From assembly GCA_030017715.1 (NCBI GenBank), contig JASEIU010000001.1:782276-846275 (forward strand): DNA of 64,000 nucleotides, given 5' to 3'. Shown here one piece after another: positions 44,672-53,278 of the stretch; position 1 is the stretch's first letter; every line of letters begins with the position of its first letter. The notes beneath the pieces are model-generated. The model was not told where the DNA came from. It saw only the letters and a list, made by a program, of their open reading frames with translations, and made no database searches. Source of the DNA: Candidatus Saccharicenans sp. Its GTDB lineage: Bacteria > Acidobacteriota > Aminicenantia > Aminicenantales > Saccharicenantaceae. A program made the position numbers and the translations under genes.

Positions 44672-46672
44672 TTAAAATACCGGCCGGCCGGTGACTTCAG
44701 GTGGAATTTTAATCCCGAACAGCGATAGAATGCCAGCGGTTACGTCTTCCAGGGCCGGCGACTCCAGTCGGGCCGGACGGCCGGCCAGCAGCACCCCTGG
44801 AATCAGGTCGGGGGAGGTCATGTGGTCGCCGCTCCATTTCTGGGGGTTAGATTCGATCAACTCCCGCGGGAAACTGCCCAGGGGAGAGTTCCAGGAAATT
44901 CGATAGTTGCGATTAAAACCCAGAATAATGTCGGGAGCCTCGGCCAGGTAAGCTCCGCTGTAAACCTCGGAGGGGAGGTAAGCTTTAAGAATTACTCGTT
45001 CTCCGGTCAGAGGGTCGGTTACCTGTTCCAGCTTGTAAGCCAGTTCCCGGAGCAGTGCCTCTTTTTCTTCCGGTCTGACCAGACCCTGGGCTTCCCTTCC
45101 TTTCAGATTCAGATAAAGGGCATTGAGCCCGACGCCATAGGCTCTGGTTCTTGACCAGTCTGTCGCCTGGAAGAGCGAAACCTCCTCCGGCCTGGTTCCC
45201 GGGCGCAGGACATGGTAGCCGTTTCGGAGCAACCAGGTATTGAGGTTAAAGCCGCGGCGGAAGGGACAGAAGCCGTGGTCGGACATGACCACGATGACCG
45301 TGTTCCGGTCGACCTTTTCCATGGCCAGCTGCAGGGCTCGGTCCATATCCCGATAAGTCTGCAGGATGACCCGGCCGAATTCGGCCGCCAGCTTCTCGTC
45401 ATAAGCCGGGTGGTCCCGGTCTATCAAACGGAAGAACATGTGCTGGCGCTGGTCGGCATTGGAAAAATAGAAGAAGAGCAGGCCCGAGCGAAAGTTTTTC
45501 AGCTCTTCTTCCAGCATGGCCATTGATTCCTGATAGACGATTTCGTCCTGGGCCAGGAACTCTTTTTCATCCAGGACATCATTTTCCAGGGCGGCGGTAT
45601 CGGCCGGCAGTCCCTTGGTGAAAAACGGCCCGAATTTTTTGGCCAGCTCCCGGGAATAACTTTCCGGGGTGCTGAGCGGCAGGGCCGGGTCGGAGGGGTC
45701 GATATTAACCGGGCTGACGTAGAGCTTGAATTTTGGCCGGACTTCCTTCAGGTAAAACATGCATACCCCGCTGACGCTCTGGAAAGGGATGAACTCAAAC
45801 CTGATTTTCTTCCAGCCGCTCCATTCTTTTTCTCTCAGGATGAATTCCTGGTCCTGATAGGAAATCTTGGCCACCGGATTGACCGGGTCGATGAAAACCT
45901 TGAAGTCGACAAAGGTCTCCGGGTGACCACGCTTGAAGGGGTTGTTGGGCCCGGGGATACGGGCTTCTACCCGGTGGCCGATAACATAGACGTCATGCAC
46001 CCGGCCGCCCCCGCCATATTCTTCGGTTACGGTCTTGTATTCATTGGTGTAGTAATTGAAAAGCCCGTAATAGCCTTTGAGGTCCGGAGTCCCCATGCCC
46101 GAAAATGTTCGCTGCCTGGTTTCAACCGGCGGATAGTTGGAAGGAATCTTAAAAACGGTGGCCGGAATATCGTAATCTTCCAGAATCTGCCAGAAAGCCC
46201 GACCCCGGCGCAGATTCCTGATTTCGCCTCCGGAAAGCGGAATGTTCAAACTGCCGAGTCTGAGGTTATGTTTGGCCGGAAGGCTTTCTGAAGCCGAAAA
46301 AACCGGCAGGTAGGTCTTCGGGTCGCGATGGACAAAATCGAAGATGGCGTGACCGCCGGGATTGGTTCCGGTGATGAAGTTGGCCCAGGCCACCGGGCTC
46401 TGGGGCGGAAGGCTGGAGCGCAACGGCCGGTAAGTTCCGGCGGCCGCCAGTTTCCGGAAATGGGGGAGCTGGCCGTCTTCCAGAAAGCGGTTGAGGAGAA
46501 CGGTGTCCAGACCGTCCATTCCCAGCACCAGAACCTTCAGCCCGGTTTCTTTTCTGCCGGCGGTCCTGAGAAAAGCCCGGCCCGGGGTGAGCATCAGGCC
46601 GGCGGATGTTCCCAGCACCATCTGCAGGAATTCCCGCCGTTTCAGAATTTCATCATTTTTTCTTCCGGCCAT
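44672..46672 (-). CDS. Alkaline-phosphatase-superfamily protein, type I phosphodiesterase/nucleotide pyrophosphatase-like (paralog 1, TAT-exported)
   Basis: 666 aa. RREFLQMVLGTSAGLMLTPGRAFL TAT signal. ..VLVLGMDGLDTVLL..PPQSPVAWANFITGTNPGGHAIFDF.. (putative Ser nucleophile). ..VMSDHGF.. metal-ligand motif. About 250 aa C-terminal extension. Confidence 0.7.
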   Translation of the reverse strand: MAGRKNDEILKRREFLQMVLGTSAGLMLTPGRAFLRTAGRKETGLKVLVLGMDGLDTVLLNRFLEDGQLPHFRKLAAAGTYRPLRSSLPPQSPVAWANFITGTNPGGHAIFDFVHRDPKTYLPVFSASESLPAKHNLRLGSLNIPLSGGEIRNLRRGRAFWQILEDYDIPATVFKIPSNYPPVETRQRTFSGMGTPDLKGYYGLFNYYTNEYKTVTEEYGGGGRVHDVYVIGHRVEARIPGPNNPFKRGHPETFVDFKVFIDPVNPVAKISYQDQEFILREKEWSGWKKIRFEFIPFQSVSGVCMFYLKEVRPKFKLYVSPVNIDPSDPALPLSTPESYSRELAKKFGPFFTKGLPADTAALENDVLDEKEFLAQDEIVYQESMAMLEEELKNFRSGLLFFYFSNADQRQHMFFRLIDRDHPAYDEKLAAEFGRVILQTYRDMDRALQLAMEKVDRNTVIVVMSDHGFCPFRRGFNLNTWLLRNGYHVLRPGTRPEEVSLFQATDWSRTRAYGVGLNALYLNLKGREAQGLVRPEEKEALLRELAYKLEQVTDPLTGERVILKAYLPSEVYSGAYLAEAPDIILGFNRNYRISWNSPLGSFPRELIESNPQKWSGDHMTSPDLIPGVLLAGRPARLESPALEDVTAGILSLFGIKIPPEVTGRPVF

Positions 46673-48866
46673 CGGAGGTTGCCTTTCTCGGAGCGGACCT
46701 TTCGCTCCCGGTTTTCATTTTACCCGAATCTTCCGGAAGAAGCGACCGGCCGTCCATGTAGGCGGGCTCCGGAAGGCCGAACAACCGTAAGACCGTGGGA
46801 GCAATGTCCATGATGCTGGCTTCCTGACCGGCCAGTTTCAGGTTGCTGAACAGAACTCCTGGAACCAGAGTCGGGTCCAGACAGTGATCGGCCGACCAGG
46901 CTTTGCGGTTGTCCGCTATGACCGTCCGGTTAACCCGGCCGACCACCGAATCCCAGGATGCCCGGTAGCCCTGGTTATAAGCTACGATCAGGTCGGGGGC
47001 GTTATCCCGGTATGGTCCATGATAAATTTTTTCGGTGTCAATCAGCCGGTTAATGGCCACCGCGCCTTTTTCCTGGTCTTTGAAGCCTGATAATTTTTCC
47101 GTTAGTTCCAGTTTCAACCTCCGGCTTTCTTCTCCCGGCTCGACGATTCCCTGGGCTTCCCGGCCCCGGAGGTTGAGATAAATTCCGGCCAGACCCAGGG
47201 CATAGGCTCTGGTCCGGCTCCAGTCGACCTGCCTGAACCAGTCCTCGCTTTCTGTGGCTCCCTCCTTGAGGTGAAGGTAGCCGTTTAAGTACAGCCAGGA
47301 ATTCAGGTTGACCCCGCGGCCAAAAGCCTTAAAACCGTGATCAGACATTATGAACAGGCAGCTTTTACCGTCCAGACCGTCAAGAACTCGCCCGACCAGT
47401 GAATCCATCCGGCGGTAGAGTTCTTCCAGCACCCGGGAGCCGTCCTCCAGCCTGGCGGTCGGCTGGAAAGCCGGGTGAGTTCGGTCGAGATATCGCCAGA
47501 ACATGTGCTGGATGCTGTCGGTGGTCTCAAAGACACAGGCCACCAGCCCGCGGCGGGTTTTTTTCAGTCCGTTGAAGAATATTTTTTCCCAGTCCTGGTG
47601 GAAAGAATAAGCCAGTTCCAGGAAAGCGTTCTCCGGGAGAACTCCTTCGTTCAGAGCCCAGGTGTCATTGGCTTCGCCCAGGGTGACATAACTGCCGAAC
47701 AACCTGGCCAGGTAGGGAGCATAAATGAAAGGATGAGAAATCGGCAGGGCCGGTTTTTCGGGGTCGATATTGAGCGGAGTGATATAAAGTTCAAAGTGCG
47801 GTTTCAGGCTCAGCAGATAAAAACGGGCAATTCCCCTGATTTTCATTCCGGGACCGGCCGGGAAACTGAGCTTGATCCAGGGCGAGAAAACACCCTTCTT
47901 GAGTTCAAAACGGTTGGCCGACACTTCGACCACGGCCGACTCCTGCTCGTAATTAAGCTTGATGGTCATCGGCAGGCGGATTTCTTCCGGATTTTTCAGG
48001 AGGGAATTTTCCGGGCCGCTGATATGGGTTCGGACCACCTGTCCTTCGACCCTGACCAGCTGACTTTCCCCGCCTTCTTTTTTTTGCAGCCTGTCCGGAT
48101 TGCTGGTGTAAAAAAGGAAAGTGCCCTGGCTGCCTTTAAGGTCGGGCAGGCACATTCCCGACAGCAGGTGTCCTGAGAATTTTTCCGGCGGGAAGGTGAT
48201 GGGAACCCGGAGCACGGTGGAAAAGATTCCCTGTTCTCCGAGGATTTTCCAGAAAGGCTGACTCTTGCGCAGCAGTTTTATCTCCGGTTTGCCCAGCGGG
48301 ATTCGGTAGCGGCCCAGGGGCAGGAACCTTCGTGGAGGACCTATCCGGGCCGAGGACAGGTCGGGCAGGTAATTTTTCGGATTCCGGCTAAGAAAGTCAA
48401 AGATGTTGTGCTTGGAGGGTTCACAGCCGGTCATAAAAGATGACCAGGCTACGGGCGAGATGGCCGGAGTGGTCGTCTGCAGGCGACGATAGGTGCCCTC
48501 TTTCTTCAAGCGGTTGAGGTTGGGCAGCTTGCCCTCGGCCATGAATTTTTCGACCAGCACCGGGTCCATCCCGTCGAAACCCAGGATGATTACCCGGTCG
48601 ACCAGGCTGTTTTTATAGGCCTTCTGGCCGCGGAGCAGGCGGATTAACAGGCGGAAGGGCCAGCTTAAGAATGAAAAAAAGGCCAGGAAAAAAGTCAGAA
48701 AGAAAACCAGAAAGGAAGAAAGAAAGGCAAATCCGGCCCCCGGCCCGATATAAGCTCCGGCCGTGGCGGCCAGGCTTAAGAGCAGAAACAGGAATAATAG
48801 CCAGGGCCTGGCAGCCGGCCCGGGCTGTTGATTCTGGTATGAAGTTTCACCGCTCTCAGATTTCAT
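46653..48866 (-). CDS. Alkaline-phosphatase-superfamily protein, NPP-like (paralog 2, membrane-anchored)
   Basis: 737 aa. Two N-terminal TM helices, then ..ILGFDGMDPVLV..TPAISPVAWSSFMTGCEPSKHNIFDF.. and ..IMSDHGF... Overlaps paralog 1 by 20 nt. Confidence 0.7.
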   Translation of the reverse strand: MKSESGETSYQNQQPGPAARPWLLFLFLLLSLAATAGAYIGPGAGFAFLSSFLVFFLTFFLAFFSFLSWPFRLLIRLLRGQKAYKNSLVDRVIILGFDGMDPVLVEKFMAEGKLPNLNRLKKEGTYRRLQTTTPAISPVAWSSFMTGCEPSKHNIFDFLSRNPKNYLPDLSSARIGPPRRFLPLGRYRIPLGKPEIKLLRKSQPFWKILGEQGIFSTVLRVPITFPPEKFSGHLLSGMCLPDLKGSQGTFLFYTSNPDRLQKKEGGESQLVRVEGQVVRTHISGPENSLLKNPEEIRLPMTIKLNYEQESAVVEVSANRFELKKGVFSPWIKLSFPAGPGMKIRGIARFYLLSLKPHFELYITPLNIDPEKPALPISHPFIYAPYLARLFGSYVTLGEANDTWALNEGVLPENAFLELAYSFHQDWEKIFFNGLKKTRRGLVACVFETTDSIQHMFWRYLDRTHPAFQPTARLEDGSRVLEELYRRMDSLVGRVLDGLDGKSCLFIMSDHGFKAFGRGVNLNSWLYLNGYLHLKEGATESEDWFRQVDWSRTRAYALGLAGIYLNLRGREAQGIVEPGEESRRLKLELTEKLSGFKDQEKGAVAINRLIDTEKIYHGPYRDNAPDLIVAYNQGYRASWDSVVGRVNRTVIADNRKAWSADHCLDPTLVPGVLFSNLKLAGQEASIMDIAPTVLRLFGLPEPAYMDGRSLLPEDSGKMKTGSERSAPRKATSDGRKKK

Positions 48867-50161
48867 TTAGTCTTTTTGATGATGATGTCGGCCAGGTCCT
48901 CAATGGCCAGGTCCGGTCCGTGCTCTTCCAGCGACCAGAAGAAAGCATCGTCCCAGGTATGCATCCCCTGGAGGTAGCTTCGTCCGAAAATTTCTTTTTT
49001 CTTGATGGAACCCTTGAGGTCAAAACCGGGCTCGGGCACCACCACCAGGTCCGGCCCGCGGGAGGTGAATTTCCCGTCGTAAATTTCTTCGGCTTTGAAA
49101 ACCTGCCGGACAACCTTACGGCCTTTGTATTCCAGCTTGAGCAATTTTTCGGCGATTTCCTGCTTCAGTTCTTTCTTGTCCGACCTGTCGACCCGTCCCC
49201 GCGGGAATTTTTTCTTCAGGTTGAGGTAGATGCGGTTGGGGTCGAGAGCAAAAGCCACCGTCCGGTTGGAAATGTCATTCAGGCTCCTGGGCTCGCCGGA
49301 GTTAAAAGACAGATACCCGTTCTGGACCAGCCAGGCGTTGAGATAGACTTCCTGGACGATGCCGGTGAACCCGTGGTCGGATAGCAGGAAAAAGTTTTCC
49401 TCGCTTTCGTTCATCTTCTTGAAGGTGTTCAGGATCTTGGCGATGATGCGGTCTATTTGCTGGTAAAAATCGAGGAAGGACTGATGATAGGGGTGGTCTC
49501 TGTTCTCGTAGGCCGACCACAGAAAATGGTGGAGGCGGTCGGTGCAGGTTATGACAAACTGGAAGTAGTCCCAGTCCTGTTCCCAAAAGTAGTTCAGGGC
49601 TTTCTGATGGCTGGCCATGGTCTTGGAAATTTCCTGCCAGAGAATGGAGGGATTGTCGGCCACCTTGCCTGAATCGACGTCAATTTGATAGCCCATCTGT
49701 TCCAGGGCGGAGAAGTAATTCTGAGGGAAGACCGAGCGGGACAGGTCGACGGCCACAAAGCCGGATACCAGGACGCCGTTTATCCTCCGGGCCGGGTAGG
49801 TGGAAGGCTGGTTGATGACGATGCTCTTCAGGCCCCGGCTTCCCAGTCGGTCCCAGATGGTATCGGTCTTGACATCTAAGAAGTTGGGCAGCCTGAGGTC
49901 ATAAGTTCCCGCCTTGAAATCGGTGAAGCCAAAAATGCCGTGACTGCCCGGGTTGGTTCCGGTCATAAAATTGGTCCAGGAGACGGACGAAATTTCTGGC
50001 AGGCTGGCCTTCATTCGGTGCAGATGGCCGATGTCCAGAAGCCGGGCGACGGTGCTCATCACCCCGGACTTTGAGAGTTCTAAGAGCAAAGAGTGGGGGA
50101 CGCCATCCAGCCCCACCACGCAAATCTTTTTACGGGATTTCTGCTTCTTGATAATGGCCAT
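48863..50161 (-). CDS. Alkaline-phosphatase-superfamily protein, NPP-like (paralog 3, short, no signal)
   Basis: 432 aa. ..ICVVGLDGVPHSLL..LPEISSVSWTNFMTGTNPGSHGIFGF.., ..LLSDHGF... Overlaps paralog 2 by 4 nt. Confidence 0.7.
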   Translation of the reverse strand: MAIIKKQKSRKKICVVGLDGVPHSLLLELSKSGVMSTVARLLDIGHLHRMKASLPEISSVSWTNFMTGTNPGSHGIFGFTDFKAGTYDLRLPNFLDVKTDTIWDRLGSRGLKSIVINQPSTYPARRINGVLVSGFVAVDLSRSVFPQNYFSALEQMGYQIDVDSGKVADNPSILWQEISKTMASHQKALNYFWEQDWDYFQFVITCTDRLHHFLWSAYENRDHPYHQSFLDFYQQIDRIIAKILNTFKKMNESEENFFLLSDHGFTGIVQEVYLNAWLVQNGYLSFNSGEPRSLNDISNRTVAFALDPNRIYLNLKKKFPRGRVDRSDKKELKQEIAEKLLKLEYKGRKVVRQVFKAEEIYDGKFTSRGPDLVVVPEPGFDLKGSIKKKEIFGRSYLQGMHTWDDAFFWSLEEHGPDLAIEDLADIIIKKTK

Positions 50162-50264
50162 TTACCCGATTATTATAACACGAGGTGGCCTGGTGTCAAT
50201 TTTTTCCGGGCCTAAAATCGGCTATCTTATTGAATATTAATGAAATAACTTTGCCCGCTCAACC

Positions 50265-50957
50265 TCAGTGGACTTCCTGACCCCCGGCTTTGAGGACCTG
50301 TTCCAGGAACATCTCTTCCGGCACTGCCCCTTCCAGGCTCAGGTTATCGTTAAAGATGGTCTTGGGAACCCCGAACACCTCGTATTTCTGGGTGAGTTCT
50401 GGAAATTCAGTGGCTTCCACCATGGCTGCCTTCACCAGGGGGGATTCCAGGGCCATCTGGTGTCCGAGCCGGACGGCTGCCGGGCAGTAAGGACAGGTGG
50501 GGGTGACAAAAACCTGGATATTGACCTCTTTATCCAGCTTTTTCAGGGCGGACTTGGTTTCCTCAGTTAACTCAGTTTGGCCGCGGCTGACATCCACTAT
50601 CGCTTCCAGCAGGCTCATGAACTCATATCCCGACGGTATCCCGAAAAAGCGGATGCCGGTGTCTTTTTCGCCCATGACCACTATGGCCGGAACCTTATCC
50701 ACCTGGAACTCGGCCGCCCGGGCCGGCTCCTTCTCGAAATCGTATACGGTCAACCTGACCTTATCGCTCAGCTCGGTCAGCTCTTGCAGCAGTTGCTTGG
50801 TTTCCGGGCAGAAACCGCAGTCCTCCTGCGTCTCGCGGCCGGGAACGATCAGCGGGCTCTTTTCCTTCTGAAAATAAACCAGCTGAACCGGGTTGACCAG
50901 CTCGGCCTCGAATTTTTTCCGGGTGAAATCCCTGACTTCTTCATTCAACAATTGCAT
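50265..50957 (-). CDS. Protein disulfide oxidoreductase-like (glutaredoxin-like, two thioredoxin folds, two CxxC)
   Basis: 230 aa. CGFCPETK in the first half and VFVTPTCPYCPAAV in the second half resemble the PDO/glutaredoxin-like proteins of thermophiles. Confidence 0.65.
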   Translation of the reverse strand: MQLLNEEVRDFTRKKFEAELVNPVQLVYFQKEKSPLIVPGRETQEDCGFCPETKQLLQELTELSDKVRLTVYDFEKEPARAAEFQVDKVPAIVVMGEKDTGIRFFGIPSGYEFMSLLEAIVDVSRGQTELTEETKSALKKLDKEVNIQVFVTPTCPYCPAAVRLGHQMALESPLVKAAMVEATEFPELTQKYEVFGVPKTIFNDNLSLEGAVPEEMFLEQVLKAGGQEVH

Positions 50958-51062
50958 ATTCGCGCTCCTTATTTTTATGATTTATGTCTCAAATCCTACT
51001 ATTCCTATAAGTTTAATATAGATTCCGGAAGGAATCAAGCCCCCCGCCCTCAGCCGACCGGA

Positions 51063-51091
51063 TTGACAATCACCGGGGAATGGGCTTAAAT
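51063..51091 (+). promoter_or_regulatory. Promoter candidate for class III aminotransferase gene (TTGACA-17-TTAAAT)
   Basis: TTGACA at 51063-51068, 17-nt spacer, TTAAAT at 51086-51091, about 45 nt upstream of the ATG at 51136. Confidence 0.3.
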
Positions 51092-51135
51092 TAAACTTCT
51101 TTTTTAATATTACGCCTGCGGGCGGCGAAAGTAAA

Positions 51136-52521
51136 ATGGAAAAATTATTCCGCTATCTGGAAAGTGAATACCGGAAGAAAACCGGAAAGAGCGCCGCTCT
51201 GTTCCGTCGAGCTTCGCGGGTGATGGTCCATGGAGGCAGCCATTCTCTGCGTCTCTGGAAACCATATCCTTTTTTCCCGGCTTTTGCCTCGGGGGCCGAG
51301 GTGGTCGACGTTGACGGTAATCACTATCTGGACTACTGGCAGGGGCACTACGCTAACATTCTGGGTCATAACCCGGAAGTCATCCGCCGGTCGGTGGAAC
51401 CCCATTTCCGCCACGGGACCTTTCATACCGGCTTTGAAACCCTGTCCCAGGTGGAGCTGGCCGAGCGGTTGCTGGCCAGCCTGGGCCGCCGGGGATTGAG
51501 AGTTCGATTTACCACTTCCGGGACCCTGGCCTCAACCTACGCCGTGATGCTGGCCATGGGCCACACCGGCCGCAGGCTTATTCTCAAGGTCGGAGGCGGC
51601 TGGCACGGTGCCTCGCCTTACTTGCTCAAAGGAGTAAAGTTCCATCCCGGGGCGGGATTCCAGGCTTCGGATTCGGCCGGGGTGCCATCGGCTCTCAGCC
51701 GCCAGGTTCTCATCACCAGGTTTAACGATTGCCAGCAACTGTCGGATATGTTTAAGAAATATGGCCGCCGTCTGGCGGCTTTTATTCTCGAGCCTTTTAT
51801 CGGGGTCGGCGGTTTTCTTTTCTGCTCCCGCGAGTACCTGGAGCTGGCCCGCCGTCTGGCCAGCCATTACGGAACAGTCCTGATCTTTGACGAAATCATC
51901 TCCGGATTCAGATTCTGCGCCTCCGGCCTGCAAAAAACATACGGCCTGGAACCGGATATTTCTCTATTCGGTAAGTTGATCGGCGGGGGACAGGCGGTGG
52001 CGGCCGTGGTCGGGAAGAAGGAGGTCATGGAGGGTTGCGAGCCCTCGGGCCCCGGAAGCCGGCGGGTTCATTTTGAAGGCGGGACTTTCTCCTCCCATGA
52101 AGAGTACATGAGGGCCGGTCTGGCCATGCTGGATTACCTGGAAAAGAATCAGGACCGGGTTTATCCCTATCTTGGACAGCAGGCCGAAAGGCTCAGGCGG
52201 GGCATAGAAAAGGTTTTCCGGGAGGAGGGCCTGGAAGCGGTTTGCACCGGGGACGGCAACGAGCTGGTTCGGGACTCTTCTTTTTTCATGGTCAACTTTC
52301 CGAAGAAAAAAAACTGGTACCGGCGGCCTGAAGACATCTGGAATCCCGAAAGGTCAGAGGTTGCCCTGAGAGAAGAAGCCCTGAAACTGGCCCTGCTGGT
52401 AAACGGAGTACATGTGGTTCACGGCGGGGGGTGCCTGTCAACAGCTCATACTCCCGAAGATATTGGCAGAACGATCGAGGCCTACGCCGCGGCGGCCCGC
52501 ATTTTCAGGCGTTATCTGTAA
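51136..52521 (+). CDS. Class III (PLP-dependent) aminotransferase, glutamate-1-semialdehyde aminomutase-like
   Basis: 461 aa. ..FTTSGTLASTYAVMLA.., ..IFDEIISGFRF.. and the overall class III fold pattern. Confidence 0.75.
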   Translation: MEKLFRYLESEYRKKTGKSAALFRRASRVMVHGGSHSLRLWKPYPFFPAFASGAEVVDVDGNHYLDYWQGHYANILGHNPEVIRRSVEPHFRHGTFHTGFETLSQVELAERLLASLGRRGLRVRFTTSGTLASTYAVMLAMGHTGRRLILKVGGGWHGASPYLLKGVKFHPGAGFQASDSAGVPSALSRQVLITRFNDCQQLSDMFKKYGRRLAAFILEPFIGVGGFLFCSREYLELARRLASHYGTVLIFDEIISGFRFCASGLQKTYGLEPDISLFGKLIGGGQAVAAVVGKKEVMEGCEPSGPGSRRVHFEGGTFSSHEEYMRAGLAMLDYLEKNQDRVYPYLGQQAERLRRGIEKVFREEGLEAVCTGDGNELVRDSSFFMVNFPKKKNWYRRPEDIWNPERSEVALREEALKLALLVNGVHVVHGGGCLSTAHTPEDIGRTIEAYAAAARIFRRYL

Positions 52522-52580
52522 ATTTCTTCTGCCCATAATGAGCGGACAGTTTCCCGCGGCTGAGCTTACCTTTTATTTTT

Positions 52581-53006
52581 GGTTCATCTCCCGATTGGTT
52601 GATCAAAATAAAAATATCTGGTCGAATAGCTATTAGATTTCATTGGACCAAGGGAGGGGTTTAGAGGCACAGCCTCAAAGAGAGATTAAAAGAGGTGTCT
52701 TCGCAGCCTTTTGATCAGCCCCGGCTCTAACCAGAAGGAGAAGCCTTTCTGTTTCCCTGACCGGCGGCAATAAAGGCAGTGGGGTGGCCCGGAGTGTCTC
52801 CGAACCGCCCGCAGCGGAAGGGGTTCCCCGCTGGGGGATGGGCGGAGCGAGGACTGGAGGAGGCGGGCCGTGACAGGACCCTCCCTATTACAAGAGCCAA
52901 TAAAGAAACAGCAAGAAACGGATTTCAGGAGGCGGGCACGGCCTGACAGTCCCACCATACAATTTCAGCCACCATTGAAACGGCAAGGCTATCACAAAAA
53001 GAAGAT
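52581..53006. repeat. Copy C (about 430 bp, inverted orientation) of the intergenic repeat family
   Basis: Reverse complement aligns with 28185-28746 at high identity across both ends, missing a 150 bp middle segment. Contains two hairpin units (52855-52886, 52927-52954). Lies between the convergent aminotransferase and GH78 genes. Confidence 0.85.
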
Positions 53007-53278
53007 AGTATCCTATCAACTAATTTGGAGAAGATTCTTATTTTTTAACTTAATTTTTTCCTGACTTTTCCACCCGGGGTTTTGGCGATGCTCATTACCT
53101 GGTTTTCGGGCAGGCCGATCCATTATGAATGGTGCGAGGTCGGGAGCAGGTCCCCGTCTCTCCGAGAGGCCTTTAGATCTGCGCTTAATAAAAATTTAAT
53201 GTTTCCTGAGCACAGTGCTGATAATTTTATGTTCTGACCGGAGACGGGGAAAGTGGCCCCAGGCTCTAAGGGCCCGGG

